Shown: in pieces, positions 18,773 to 28,538 of the stretch | Position numbering within the stretch: the first letter of the stretch is position 1 | Layout: every line of letters begins with the position of its first letter | Source: Alphaproteobacteria bacterium | GTDB lineage: Bacteria > Pseudomonadota > Alphaproteobacteria > UBA6615 | Length of the DNA: 64,000 nucleotides | Assembly: GCA_965261975.1 (NCBI GenBank) | Contig: CBDHEC010000056.1 | Coordinates: 105,572 to 169,571 of the forward strand | Direction of reading: 5' to 3' | Program-made: the position numbers and the translations under genes | Notes under the pieces: model-generated | Databases searched by the model: none | What the model saw: only the letters and a program-made list of their open reading frames with translations | What the model was told of the DNA's origin: nothing

Positions 18773-19366
18773 TTAGGCCTCATTGTCCGGGCTGTCCGGC
18801 GCATCGATCCAGCCGACATTGCCGTCTGCGCGGCGGAAAACCACGCTCATGCCGCCATGTTTGGCATTGCGGAAAACCAGCGCGTGTCCGTCCGCCAGGT
18901 CCATGCGCATCACGGCCTCCGAGACCGTCAGGCTTTCGACCGAGGTCTGGTTCTCGGCGATGATCACCGGATTGTCGTCGGTCGGGACGTCATCGGACAT
19001 ATCCTCGTCGCCGGCATAGGGCGCGATGACATATTCGGGCATCGTCGGGGTGCTGATCGTTTCGCGATCCTGGTGATGATCGCGCAGGCGTCGCTTGTGG
19101 CGCCGCAGCCGTTTGGCCAGATGCGCCAGGGCCACGTCGAAGGCCGCGTAGGGATCATCGGCTTCCTCATGGGCGCGCACGTGAATGCCGCGGCCTACAT
19201 GCATGTTGATGTTGGCGCGGATTCGATAGGCTTCGCGCGACAACACCACGCTCGCGTCGACGGCGTCGGCGAAATACTTGTCCGTCGTATCGGTGATCGC
19301 GTCCTCGATATGGGAACGCAACGCGTCGCCCACATCGATCTGCTGTCCTGTCACATTGATTTGCAC
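18773..19366 (-). CDS. hpf: Ribosome hibernation promoting factor (long HPF/RaiA)
   Basis: MQINVTG..IDVG.ALR, KRLRRHKRRL, C-terminal VFRRADGNVGWID. Confidence 0.92.
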   Translation of the reverse strand: MQINVTGQQIDVGDALRSHIEDAITDTTDKYFADAVDASVVLSREAYRIRANINMHVGRGIHVRAHEEADDPYAAFDVALAHLAKRLRRHKRRLRDHHQDRETISTPTMPEYVIAPYAGDEDMSDDVPTDDNPVIIAENQTSVESLTVSEAVMRMDLADGHALVFRNAKHGGMSVVFRRADGNVGWIDAPDSPDNEA

Positions 19367-19542
19367 GGTTTGGAACGCCGTCTGTCGTTAGAAAAACTAG
19401 TCTCGGGGCCGCCATTGGGTGGCCTCGTTATTCAACGCTTCGTTTCTTGTTGTACGTGTGACCTGCATCAATGCTGGTCGCGACGCTGCTTGTCTTTTGT
19501 TCGTACCGACCGTCTATCGCGCGGTCTCGCTTTGCGGCGCGG

Positions 19543-19571
19543 AACTTAGTCAGGCGCCGGGTGAGTGTCAA
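19543..19571 (-). promoter_or_regulatory. Sigma70-like promoter for hpf-ptsN
   Basis: TTGACA-N17-TAAGTT on the minus strand. Confidence 0.5.
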
Positions 19572-19647
19572 TACGGGCGGTAGCCTGTATCAGCGAGATG
19601 GGAAGATGGGTCGATTTTTCAAGTAACAGTCTGGGACTAAACGAGAA

Positions 19648-21123
19648 TCACCCGGCGGCCCGTTTCATGCGCCGGCGTTCGACAGAAGACGGAATCTTTA
19701 GCGAATCCCGATACTTGGCGACAGTTCGCCGGGCTATTTCCACACCCTCGCCGCGCAACATATCCACAATCTTGTCGTCGGACAGAATGGACTTGGCGGA
19801 TTCGTTGTCGATCAGCAGTTTGATCTTGTGACGTACCGATTCGGCCGAATGGGCCTCGCCGTCGGTCGTGCTGCCGATTGCCGTCGTGAAGAAATATTTG
19901 AGTTCGAACAATCCGCGCGGGGTCGCCATGTACTTGTTCGTCGTGACACGGCTGATGGTGCTTTCATGCAGGCTGACGGATTCAGCGATGTCGGCCAGGA
20001 TCAGCGGTTTCAGATGCGCCACGCCGAGACGGAAGAATGCGTCCTGCTGGCGAATGATCTCGGTCGCGACTTTCAGGATGGTGCGCGCGCGCTGGTCCAG
20101 CGCCCGTACCAGCCAGTTGGCCGCCTGGTAACGTTCCTGCACGAACTCCTTGTCGTCCCTCTCGCGCGTGACGGCGTTGATCTCGGCGTAATAGGCCCGA
20201 TTCACGAGCACCCGCGGCAGGGTGTCGTTGTTGAGCTCGATCTCCCAGCCGCCGCCTTGCTTGGGGCGCATCATCACGTCTGCCGTGATGTATTCGGTGC
20301 TCGCGTAATCGAATTCCGCTGCTGGGTTCGGGTCCAGCGTCTTCAGCTCCGCCAGCATGTCGACCAGATCTTCCTCATCCACGCCGCAGGCGCGGCGCAG
20401 GCCGGGCAGGTCGTGCTTGGTCAGGAGGTCGAGATTGTCGAGCATGGCGCGCATCGCGGGGTCGAGGCGGTCACGTTCGGCCAGCTGCAGGGCGAAACAT
20501 TCGATCAGATCACGCGCGAAGACGCCGGTCGGCTCGAAGGCCTTCAGGGTTTCGAGGACCTCGTCCACGAGCGTGATTTCACAACCGAGCTGTTCGGCCA
20601 TCTCCTCGGTCGAGGCCGTCAGGAAGCCGCGATCGTCGAGTGAATCGATCAGTGCGCGTCCGATCAGTCTGCGGGTCGGATCGGCGATCGACAGATCAAG
20701 CTGGTCGGTCAGATGCTCGCGCAGCGTCACCTCGCTGGCCATCGTCTGGTCTATCCCGGGCAATGAATCGCTGTCGCCGCGCGGTGCGGGTGCGCCGGCG
20801 CCCGCCGCGCGGAAAGGGTCGTCCTGCAGGACATTCGTGTAATCGGTATCGAGGGGGGCTTCGTCCGACCCCAGGCTGTCGCTGCTGGTCAGGGTCGCGG
20901 CGTCACCGTCGTCGCCGGAATTGGTGGCCGCTTCGGCCGGAACGCTCTCGTCTTCAATAACCGCATCTTCGCGCTCGAGGAGTGGATTCTCCTCAAGTTC
21001 GGTTTCAACGAAGGCCGCCAGTTCAAGATTTGACAGTTGCAACAGCTTGATCGCCTGCTGCAACTGCGGCGTCATGACCGGCGCCTGCGTCTGTCGGACG
21101 TCGAGACGCGTTGTCAGAGCCAT
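19648..21123 (-). CDS. rpoN: RNA polymerase sigma-54 factor
   Basis: MTPQLQQAIKLLQLS, HESTISR, RpoN box ARRTVAKYR. Confidence 0.97.
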   Translation of the reverse strand: MALTTRLDVRQTQAPVMTPQLQQAIKLLQLSNLELAAFVETELEENPLLEREDAVIEDESVPAEAATNSGDDGDAATLTSSDSLGSDEAPLDTDYTNVLQDDPFRAAGAGAPAPRGDSDSLPGIDQTMASEVTLREHLTDQLDLSIADPTRRLIGRALIDSLDDRGFLTASTEEMAEQLGCEITLVDEVLETLKAFEPTGVFARDLIECFALQLAERDRLDPAMRAMLDNLDLLTKHDLPGLRRACGVDEEDLVDMLAELKTLDPNPAAEFDYASTEYITADVMMRPKQGGGWEIELNNDTLPRVLVNRAYYAEINAVTRERDDKEFVQERYQAANWLVRALDQRARTILKVATEIIRQQDAFFRLGVAHLKPLILADIAESVSLHESTISRVTTNKYMATPRGLFELKYFFTTAIGSTTDGEAHSAESVRHKIKLLIDNESAKSILSDDKIVDMLRGEGVEIARRTVAKYRDSLKIPSSVERRRMKRAAG

Positions 21124-21135
21124 GGTTAACGTCTT

Positions 21136-21921
21136 CTACAGACTGAATCTTTCGCCAAGGTAAACACGTCTTACATCGGCATGGGATACGATTTCGGACG
21201 GTGCGCCGCTCATCAGAACGGTGCCCTCATGCAAGATATATGCCCGATCGACGATATCCAAGGTCTCACGTACATTATGATCGGTAATTAATACACCGAT
21301 ACCGCGGTCCTTGAGGTGGCTGACGAGGTCGCGGATGTCGGCCACCGCGATGGGATCGATGCCGGCGAGGGGCTCATCAAGCAGGATGAAATGCGGCTGG
21401 CTGGCCAGCGCGCGGGCGATCTCGACGCGTCGGCGTTCACCGCCCGACAGGGCCAGCGCCGGCGTGCGGCGCAGGTGGCTGATCGAGAATTCGGCCAGCA
21501 GGTCGTCGAGCATGGCCTCGCGCCGGTCGCGCTCGGGTTCGATCACTTCGAGGACCGAGCGGATATTCTGCTCGACCGACAGACCCCGGAAAATGGACGC
21601 TTCCTGCGGCAGATAGCCCACGCCAAGGCGTGCGCGCCGGTACATCGGGAGTTCGGTGATGTTGTGCCCGTCGAGGGAGATCGAGCCCGCGTCGGCGGTG
21701 AGGAGGCCGGTGATAATGTAGAAGCAGGTCGTCTTGCCCGCGCCGTTCGGCCCCAGCAGACCCACCGCTTCGCCCTGTTTGACGACCAGCGACACATCCC
21801 TGATGACCGGGCGCTTGCGGAAACGCTTGCCGATATTGCGGACGACCAGCCCCTCATTGCTGGAGACCAGCCGCGGCTTTCCGTCGGCGCCGATGTCACG
21901 TGGGGATGTTTGGTCCGTCAT
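21136..21921 (-). CDS. lptB: LPS export ABC transporter ATP-binding protein
   Basis: GPNGAGKTT, YLPQEASIFR, LSGGERRR, DHNVRETL. Confidence 0.96.
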   Translation of the reverse strand: MTDQTSPRDIGADGKPRLVSSNEGLVVRNIGKRFRKRPVIRDVSLVVKQGEAVGLLGPNGAGKTTCFYIITGLLTADAGSISLDGHNITELPMYRRARLGVGYLPQEASIFRGLSVEQNIRSVLEVIEPERDRREAMLDDLLAEFSISHLRRTPALALSGGERRRVEIARALASQPHFILLDEPLAGIDPIAVADIRDLVSHLKDRGIGVLITDHNVRETLDIVDRAYILHEGTVLMSGAPSEIVSHADVRRVYLGERFSL

Positions 21922-22748
21922 TGGTTTCCACTTGATCCCGGGTTGAACGGGCTTTTGGCCTTGGGAAGAAAAAGTCCGCGCACCCTTTCGCCCGACGGCG
22001 AAGAGAGCAGACGACTCTCACCCGTCTCCAAATTAACCTCTGCGCGCTCACCGTTCAATTGGGTGTCTCCGCGGGTGATCTTGACATTGCCCGTCACCGT
22101 GGCGATGCCCCGTGCGGGATCATAGTCGCCTTTCTCGGCGCGCACGATATCGGTCGGGGTCGAAACCAGGACATTGCCCACAGCATCAATGCGGTTCATC
22201 TCGGCCTGCTGGTTGCCCTCGCCGAAATGCGCGGTCAGCACGTCGGCGCGCACCCGACGATCGCCTCGAACGGCCAGCGCATCACCCCGCGCGACGGCCA
22301 GTTGCTGCGTCTCGTGATACTCCAGGCTGTCTCGCGCGGTGATGGTGTCTTCCGCGGTATCCAGTCGGATGTTGTCTCCGGTCATTACCAAAACGCCGCT
22401 GTCGATGTCGTAGACCGCCTTGTCGGATCGCGCGACCTCGTTCGTCGAGAAGATGCGCACGTTTCCATTGGCATCGATGCGGTAAATCTCGTTCTCGCCC
22501 GCAGCGTTGGGTCGATAGAAGGCGATCAGTTCGTCACCCTCGACCGTCACGTCCCCCTGGCGCGCACGTGCGTTCCCGCGTGCGACATAGAGTCGGTTGG
22601 CCCGCTGCCATTCGATCCCGTCATCCGCCTCGATCTGGATCGGTCCGTCACCGCCCCGGCTGAAGCCGAGGGACTGGGCGTCAGCGGTTGCGGGTGCCAT
22701 GAACCACAACAAGGCCGCGAGGGTCAGAATGTGATGTGTCCGGATCAT
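21918..22748 (-). CDS. lptA: LptA/OstA family LPS transport protein (two OstA-like halves)
   Basis: Signal peptide; PI.IEAD, GNVKITRG..L.G; position between lptC and lptB. Confidence 0.85.
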   Translation of the reverse strand: MIRTHHILTLAALLWFMAPATADAQSLGFSRGGDGPIQIEADDGIEWQRANRLYVARGNARARQGDVTVEGDELIAFYRPNAAGENEIYRIDANGNVRIFSTNEVARSDKAVYDIDSGVLVMTGDNIRLDTAEDTITARDSLEYHETQQLAVARGDALAVRGDRRVRADVLTAHFGEGNQQAEMNRIDAVGNVLVSTPTDIVRAEKGDYDPARGIATVTGNVKITRGDTQLNGERAEVNLETGESRLLSSPSGERVRGLFLPKAKSPFNPGSSGNQ

Positions 22749-23449
22749 TTCGGTGGTGTCGCTCCCTCGAAGACGGTCAGGCGTGCCGGGCCGAGAAACA
22801 GGACCCGCGCCCCCGAATCGAGCACCCGGAAACCCTCCGCATCGAGGATCCCGAATGGGCCCTGGCCCTGGACCGGATCATCGCCCGCTGCGGTGCTCGT
22901 TACCAGATCGACCCGGGCGGTGGTGGTTTGAAACTCGTAACCCTGGTCGTGGAACAGGTTCACGTCACCAGAGAGGTGGAGAGTGTTGGTGTTGGCCTCG
23001 AAACGGCCGTCGATGGCCGTAAGCGCTACCCAGGACCCGTCGGCCAGTACGATGTCGGCCTTGGGGTTGGTCAGGTCATAAATTTCGCCGCCATCCTTGC
23101 CATCTCCGCGGGCGCCGAAATCGGCGGTGACCTGAAACGGCCGGGCGGCCGAGTAAATTCCCTGCAGGCGCGGATTGAGCACCTGGGGTTTGGCCCCGCC
23201 GGCCGGGCCAACGGCTTCCAGGTCGATCCGAAAGCTGTCCTCGTCGGGTGAAAGGCGCGGCCAGACGGCGACCAGAACCAGCAGCGCAAAGGCGATGCCG
23301 GGCAGCAGGTACTTCATTGTCGAGACAATGCGCGAACGACCGAACCCGCTGCGCCGTCGTCGCGGTGCGGCACCCATACGGGTCTGGCGTTGCCGGCGTG
23401 TTTCGCCGGGTGTTCCGGTCCGTGGGGCCGTGTTTCCCGCGTCGCTCAT
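22745..23449 (-). CDS. lptC: LPS export periplasmic protein LptC
   Basis: Single N-terminal TM; NPRL.G, L.L.GDV.LFHD.GY; synteny. Confidence 0.82.
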   Translation of the reverse strand: MSDAGNTAPRTGTPGETRRQRQTRMGAAPRRRRSGFGRSRIVSTMKYLLPGIAFALLVLVAVWPRLSPDEDSFRIDLEAVGPAGGAKPQVLNPRLQGIYSAARPFQVTADFGARGDGKDGGEIYDLTNPKADIVLADGSWVALTAIDGRFEANTNTLHLSGDVNLFHDQGYEFQTTTARVDLVTSTAAGDDPVQGQGPFGILDAEGFRVLDSGARVLFLGPARLTVFEGATPPK

Positions 23450-23456
23450 GCCGTGT

Positions 23457-24449
23457 TCAGGCGATTCCTGCGCGCAGGCAGTCATGAATATGCAGGATTC
23501 CCACCGGCTGCCGGTCCTCGGCCACGAACAGACTGGTGATCTGTGTCGCGTTCATCAGGCCGAGTGCCTCGGAGGCCAGCGCCTGGGCGCGGATGGTTTT
23601 GGGGTCAGGTGTCATGACGTGACCGCAAGTTAGCTGCAGCAATGTGTCTGACATATGGCGCCGCAGATCGCCGTCCGTGATGATCCCCGTGAGCTGGCCC
23701 TGATCGTCAATTACCCCCGCGCAGCCAAAACCCTTGTTGGTCATCTCCAGAATGGCATCGCCGACGGAGGCATTTGCGTCGAGCAGCGGCAATGCTTCTT
23801 CGCTATGCATAAGGTCGCCGACGCGCAACAGGTTCTGCCCCAGTTGACCGCCCGGATGCAGGACCTGGAAGTCTTCGGCCGTGAATCCGCGCCGGTCGAG
23901 AAGAGCAATGGCCAGCGCGTCACCCACCGCAAGCATGGCGGTGGTCGACGTCGTGGGGGCCAAACCCATCGGGCAGGCTTCGGCGACGGCCGGCAGGAGC
24001 AATGTGCAATCCGCGTTCTCGGCCAGGGACGAGCCGTCGCGACCGGTGATGGCGATCAGCGGCACATTGAAACGGCGGCAATAGTTGATCACATCGCTCA
24101 GCTCCGGCGTCTCGCCGGAATTGGAAAGTGCGACCACCACATCGTCATGCGCGATCATGCCGAGATCGCCATGGCTGGCTTCACCTGGATGAACGTAGAA
24201 AGACGGTGTGCCGGTACTCGATAGGGTGGACGAAATCTTGCGGGCGATATGACCGCTTTTCCCCATACCGGTGACGACGGTACGGCCGGTGGCACGATGG
24301 ACAAGATCGACCGCCATGACGAAGCGCTCATCCAGAGATTCGCCCATCACCCGCAACGCATCCGCTTCAAGCCGAAAAACGCGCTGCGCCGCGTCGATGT
24401 CTCGCGACGCTTCGGTTGAATTCGAATCTGTTTTGGCGGTCCCGGTCAC
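23457..24449 (-). CDS. kdsD: KpsF/GutQ arabinose-5-phosphate isomerase
   Basis: TGMGKSGHI, HPGEASHGDLG, APTTST, HPGG, CBS pair. Confidence 0.93.
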   Translation of the reverse strand: MTGTAKTDSNSTEASRDIDAAQRVFRLEADALRVMGESLDERFVMAVDLVHRATGRTVVTGMGKSGHIARKISSTLSSTGTPSFYVHPGEASHGDLGMIAHDDVVVALSNSGETPELSDVINYCRRFNVPLIAITGRDGSSLAENADCTLLLPAVAEACPMGLAPTTSTTAMLAVGDALAIALLDRRGFTAEDFQVLHPGGQLGQNLLRVGDLMHSEEALPLLDANASVGDAILEMTNKGFGCAGVIDDQGQLTGIITDGDLRRHMSDTLLQLTCGHVMTPDPKTIRAQALASEALGLMNATQITSLFVAEDRQPVGILHIHDCLRAGIA

Positions 24450-24597
24450 GGTTGGGTCAATCGGATCTTTTCAAACGGTGGATCGATCCGGGTAACAAGC
24501 AAGAAATCCCCGTGAATCAATCGGTTGCAGTATGAGTTGTACGTTATGAATCGTCAAATCCGCCACCGGAATCCGACCGTTGGGACGACGCGACCCG

Positions 24598-25221
24598 TTA
24601 ATTATGGGCGAGCAGGTCGATTTCCGGCCAGCCGGCCAGATCCAGGGCGGCACGCGCGGGGAGGAAATCGAAGCAGGACTGGGCCAGGCCTGCGCGGTCG
24701 TGGCGTTCGAGCATCGCATCCAGCCGCAGCTTGAGCTCGTGCAGGAAAAACACATCGTTTGCGGCATATTCGAGCTGCTCCCGGCTGAGCTCGTCGGCGC
24801 CCCAGTCCGAGGATTGCTGTTGTTTCGAGATATCGACGCCGAGCAATTCGCGGCACAGATCCTTGAGGCCATGCCGGTCGGTGTAGGTGCGCACCAGCCG
24901 TGATGCGGTGCGTGTGCAATAAACCGGGCTGGCATCGACGCCGAGATACTGGCTGATGGCGGCGAGATCGAAGCGGGCGAAGTGATAAAGCTTCAAACGA
25001 TTGCGGTCGGCCAGGAGGGCCTTGAGGTTTGGCGCGTCGTAAGCGTCACCCGCATTGGCCGGAAACTGGACCAGATGCGCCACCCCGTCGCCCGCCGACA
25101 ATTGCACCAGGCACAGCCGGTCGCGCAGCGAATTGAGCCCCATCGTCTCGGTATCGACGGCGATCACATCGCCCAGGGCGATGCCATCCGGCAGGTCGTT
25201 TTGGTGCAGCTCAATATCCAT
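24598..25221 (-). CDS. rnd: Ribonuclease D-like 3'-5' exonuclease
   Basis: AVDTETMGL, RLCLVQL, HFARFD, SKQQQSSDW, YAA.DV. Confidence 0.88.
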   Translation of the reverse strand: MDIELHQNDLPDGIALGDVIAVDTETMGLNSLRDRLCLVQLSAGDGVAHLVQFPANAGDAYDAPNLKALLADRNRLKLYHFARFDLAAISQYLGVDASPVYCTRTASRLVRTYTDRHGLKDLCRELLGVDISKQQQSSDWGADELSREQLEYAANDVFFLHELKLRLDAMLERHDRAGLAQSCFDFLPARAALDLAGWPEIDLLAHN

Positions 25222-25376
25222 GGTGAAGTCCCGATGTTGATGGGGCGCCATGTCGCGCCAAGCGGGCGGTTGCTAAACCTCGATGTCACAGCTGTCAACT
25301 GAGCTTGGCAGAATGCGCGGCCCGGCGCTATACAGCGGTTGAGTCCGCAATCGCGGAACATCAGCGGAGCGAAGAG

Positions 25377-26330
25377 ATGGCGTTACGTCGGGTGACGGTA
25401 TTTGGCGGGTCGGGGTTTCTCGGCCGATATGTGGTCGAGCGGCTGGCAGATCGCGATCTGATCGTGCAGGTCGCCGTTCGTGATCCGGAGGCCGCCAAGC
25501 ATCTGCGCACGCTGGGTCAAGTGGGGCAGGTCACGCCCTTTGCGTGCGATGTGACCGATGCCGCCGCCGTGGCCCGCGCGGTCGACGGCGCGGATGGGGT
25601 GATCAGTCTTGTCGGGATCCTGGCCGAACGCGGCCGTCAGACATTCAAATCCGTGCATGTGGATGCGCCGGCCGCGATCGCGATCGCGGCGGCGAGTGCC
25701 AAGGTGGAATCCGTCGTGCATGTATCGGCAATTGGCGCGGCGCCCAACGCGCTGTCGGAATACTCCCGGTCGAAGGCGGCCGGTGAGGATGCAGTGCGCG
25801 GCGCATTTCCCGACGCGGTGATCATGCGTCCGTCCGTGATCTTTGGACCGGAGGACGGCTTCTTCAACCTGTTTGCCGGGCTCGCCCGCATGTCACCGGC
25901 CTTGCCGTTGTTCGGCGGGGGCAATACACGCTTCCAGCCGGTTTACGTGGCCGATGTCGCCGATGCGGTGGTGGCGGGCCTGACCGACACCGCGGCCCGG
26001 GGCAAAACATACGAGCTGGGGGGCCCGAGAGTCGCCAGCTTCGCCGAGTTGATGACATTGATGCTCGACCAGATCCGCCGTAAGCGTCTCTTGTTGTCGA
26101 TCCCGTTCTTTGTCGGCGATATTCAGGCGACCTTTGCCGGCCTCCTGCCGAACCCGCCGGTGACGCGTGACCAGATGAAGTCCCTGCGTGCAGACAACGT
26201 CGTGAGTTCGGACGCGGCAACGCTGGAAGATTTGGGAATATCGGCCACCGCGATGGAAGCAATTCTGCCGACATATTTGCACCGATACCGGCGCGGCGGA
26301 CGGTTTGGTCGAACGTCGATGGCGCAGTAG
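25377..26330 (+). CDS. Complex I NDUFA9-like NAD(P)-binding protein
   Basis: VFGGSGFLGRYVV, G.VGQ, YSRSK, RPSVIFGPED.FFN. Confidence 0.9.
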   Translation: MALRRVTVFGGSGFLGRYVVERLADRDLIVQVAVRDPEAAKHLRTLGQVGQVTPFACDVTDAAAVARAVDGADGVISLVGILAERGRQTFKSVHVDAPAAIAIAAASAKVESVVHVSAIGAAPNALSEYSRSKAAGEDAVRGAFPDAVIMRPSVIFGPEDGFFNLFAGLARMSPALPLFGGGNTRFQPVYVADVADAVVAGLTDTAARGKTYELGGPRVASFAELMTLMLDQIRRKRLLLSIPFFVGDIQATFAGLLPNPPVTRDQMKSLRADNVVSSDAATLEDLGISATAMEAILPTYLHRYRRGGRFGRTSMAQ

Positions 26331-26346
26331 AAGCGCGCGGCGGTTG

Positions 26347-27150
26347 CTAGAAGGCGCCGTACACCCAGCCCAGGATCAGCGCGCCCAGCGCCAGGCGGTA
26401 GATCGCGAACGGCCCGAATCCACCAAACCGCAGCCACCGCAGGAACAGCGTGATCGCAAGCAGTGCGGCGACGAACGACAAGCCTGCGGCGATCAGCGCG
26501 TCTCGGGTTAGTACGGCGTTGCCCGTTTCGATCAGCTGGAGACCGATGAGCAGGCCCGCACCACCGATTGCCGGCATCGACATCAGCATCGAGAAACGTG
26601 CGGCCTCGCCACGGTCGTAACCCAGAAAACGGGCGGCGGTAATGGTGACACCCGAACGGCTGGTGCCGGGGACCAGCGCCAGCACCTGGGCGATGCCGAT
26701 CACCAGGGCGTGCGGAATGGTCAGATGATCGAGCTTCAGGATCGTCATGCCCATCCGGTCGGCCAGAAACAGAAGCACGCCGAAGCCGATCGTGGTCCAG
26801 CCGACGACTTCCAGGGTGCGCAGATGGTTCGCGATCAGGTCCTGGGCGAAGTAGCCGGCAATGATGACCGGGATGGTCGCGATCACCAGATAGCCCGCCA
26901 GCCGCGCGCCGTCATGCTTGCGTCCGCGCACGCCATCGAAGAGGCCAACGATCATGAATGCGAGGTCGCGCCAGAAATAGACCGCCACGGCAAACAATGT
27001 GCCGACGTGCACGGCCACGTCGAGGATCAGAGTGTTTTGTGACAACCCCAATGCTTCGGACGCCATGCGCAGATGGCCTGACGAACTGACCGGCAAGAAT
27101 TCCGTGATGCCCTGAATTATGGCGAGAACGGCGATTTCGAATATTGGCAT
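26347..27150 (-). CDS. uppP: Undecaprenyl-diphosphate phosphatase
   Basis: QGITEFLPVSSSGH, PGTSRSG, FAIYR. Confidence 0.95.
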   Translation of the reverse strand: MPIFEIAVLAIIQGITEFLPVSSSGHLRMASEALGLSQNTLILDVAVHVGTLFAVAVYFWRDLAFMIVGLFDGVRGRKHDGARLAGYLVIATIPVIIAGYFAQDLIANHLRTLEVVGWTTIGFGVLLFLADRMGMTILKLDHLTIPHALVIGIAQVLALVPGTSRSGVTITAARFLGYDRGEAARFSMLMSMPAIGGAGLLIGLQLIETGNAVLTRDALIAAGLSFVAALLAITLFLRWLRFGGFGPFAIYRLALGALILGWVYGAF

Positions 27151-27355
27151 GGCGCTCGGTCCCGACACTGGAAGGAGATCGCCTTATAGCACCCGGTTTC
27201 GCGCCGGGGTATGGGATTGCACATGCATGCATACCGTAATCTGCACCCTGTTTTTGGCATTCGAAACATCCGGTCCGGGCATGTTGTCCTGGCGGCCGGA
27301 GATGCTAGTGTCCGGCGATAATCTGACTCGGTAGGTATCTGAAAACGAGGGCAGC

Positions 27356-28366
27356 ATGCCGAATGACAACACGGTCAGGCCGACCGACCGCATCCATCCG
27401 CAACAAGCCGATGCGCTCAAGCGCAATGCCGAAATCGTTGCCGAAATTGGCGGCCCTGGCGAGGGCATTGAAGAAGTGCGCGCGCGCGCCGAGGCAGCGC
27501 GCGCAGTCTGGAACGAGGGTGGTCCGGAGATGGTCTTGGACGAGGCACGTGTGATCCCGGGCCCGTTTCGCGATGTGCCGGTACAGCTCTACAAGCCTTC
27601 AGACGACGGGTCGCTGCCGGTCTTCGTCTATCTTCACGGTGGTGGATTCCGGATCGGCGGACCGCTTTCAAATGACCGCCAGTTGCGCGAGATCGCCGCG
27701 ACGTGGGGTGGTGCGATCATCAGCGCCGACTATGTACATGTGCCCGAGCACACGTTTCCCGACCCGGTCGACGAGATCGTTGCCGTGCTGGAGTGGCTTG
27801 CGGACAATGGCGGCGACTGGGGCCTGGATACGGACCGAATCGCCATCGGCGGGGCATCGGCCGGCGCGAGCGTCGCGCTCGGTGCGGCGATCACCCTGCG
27901 CGACAAGGGTCGACCCGAGTTGTTGAAGGCCATCGCCTCGCTCTATGGCGTCCTTGATTACAATCTGGAATCGGATTCCATGAAGGAACTCGGTGGTGGG
28001 GATTTCATGCTGACAACCGAGTACACGCAGATGGTCTATGACGGTTATGTGCCCGACGTGGCTGACCGGTCCGATCCGCGCGCGTTCGCCGCCAAGGCGG
28101 ATCCGACAGGCCTGCCGCCGATTTTCATCGCGGCGGCCGAACTCGATCCGATCCGCGATGATTCCCTGACCTTCGCCGCAACCCTCAAGGCCGCGAAGCA
28201 TTTCTTCGTGCTCGAGGTCTATCCAGGTGTGTTGCACGCCTTCTTTGGCTATTCGGGGGTCGTCGATGAGGCCAAGCGCCTGGTCAACGACGCGTCGACG
28301 TTCCTGGGGCGCGCGCTCGGCCAGGGACAGGGCGGTCATGGCGGCACCGGCAACGGGCGGGCCTAG
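27356..28366 (+). CDS. HSL-family alpha/beta hydrolase (esterase/lipase)
   Basis: HGGG, GASAG nucleophile elbow, DP.RD, HAF. Confidence 0.88.
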   Translation: MPNDNTVRPTDRIHPQQADALKRNAEIVAEIGGPGEGIEEVRARAEAARAVWNEGGPEMVLDEARVIPGPFRDVPVQLYKPSDDGSLPVFVYLHGGGFRIGGPLSNDRQLREIAATWGGAIISADYVHVPEHTFPDPVDEIVAVLEWLADNGGDWGLDTDRIAIGGASAGASVALGAAITLRDKGRPELLKAIASLYGVLDYNLESDSMKELGGGDFMLTTEYTQMVYDGYVPDVADRSDPRAFAAKADPTGLPPIFIAAAELDPIRDDSLTFAATLKAAKHFFVLEVYPGVLHAFFGYSGVVDEAKRLVNDASTFLGRALGQGQGGHGGTGNGRA

Positions 28367-28369
28367 ATC

Positions 28370-28525
28370 ATGGGTGTTGCAATCGTCGCCCTGCTTATCT
28401 CGATCGTCCTGATCTTCGTCGTGCCGCCGGTTGGCATCGTCGCAACCCCGCTATGTGCAATCTGGGTTGTCCTGGCCTTCGTCTTCAAGGTGTTGGGCTG
28501 GGGGTTCGGCGGCGGGCGTAGCTGA
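28370..28525 (+). CDS. Small hydrophobic protein (51 aa, about two TM segments)
   Basis: Manual translation MGVAIVALLISIVLIFVVPPVGIVATPLCAIWVVLAFVFKVLGWGFGGGRS; fills the intergenic gap; absent from the ORF track. Confidence 0.5.
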   Translation: MGVAIVALLISIVLIFVVPPVGIVATPLCAIWVVLAFVFKVLGWGFGGGRS

Positions 28526-28538
28526 TCGCGTTCTGCCA

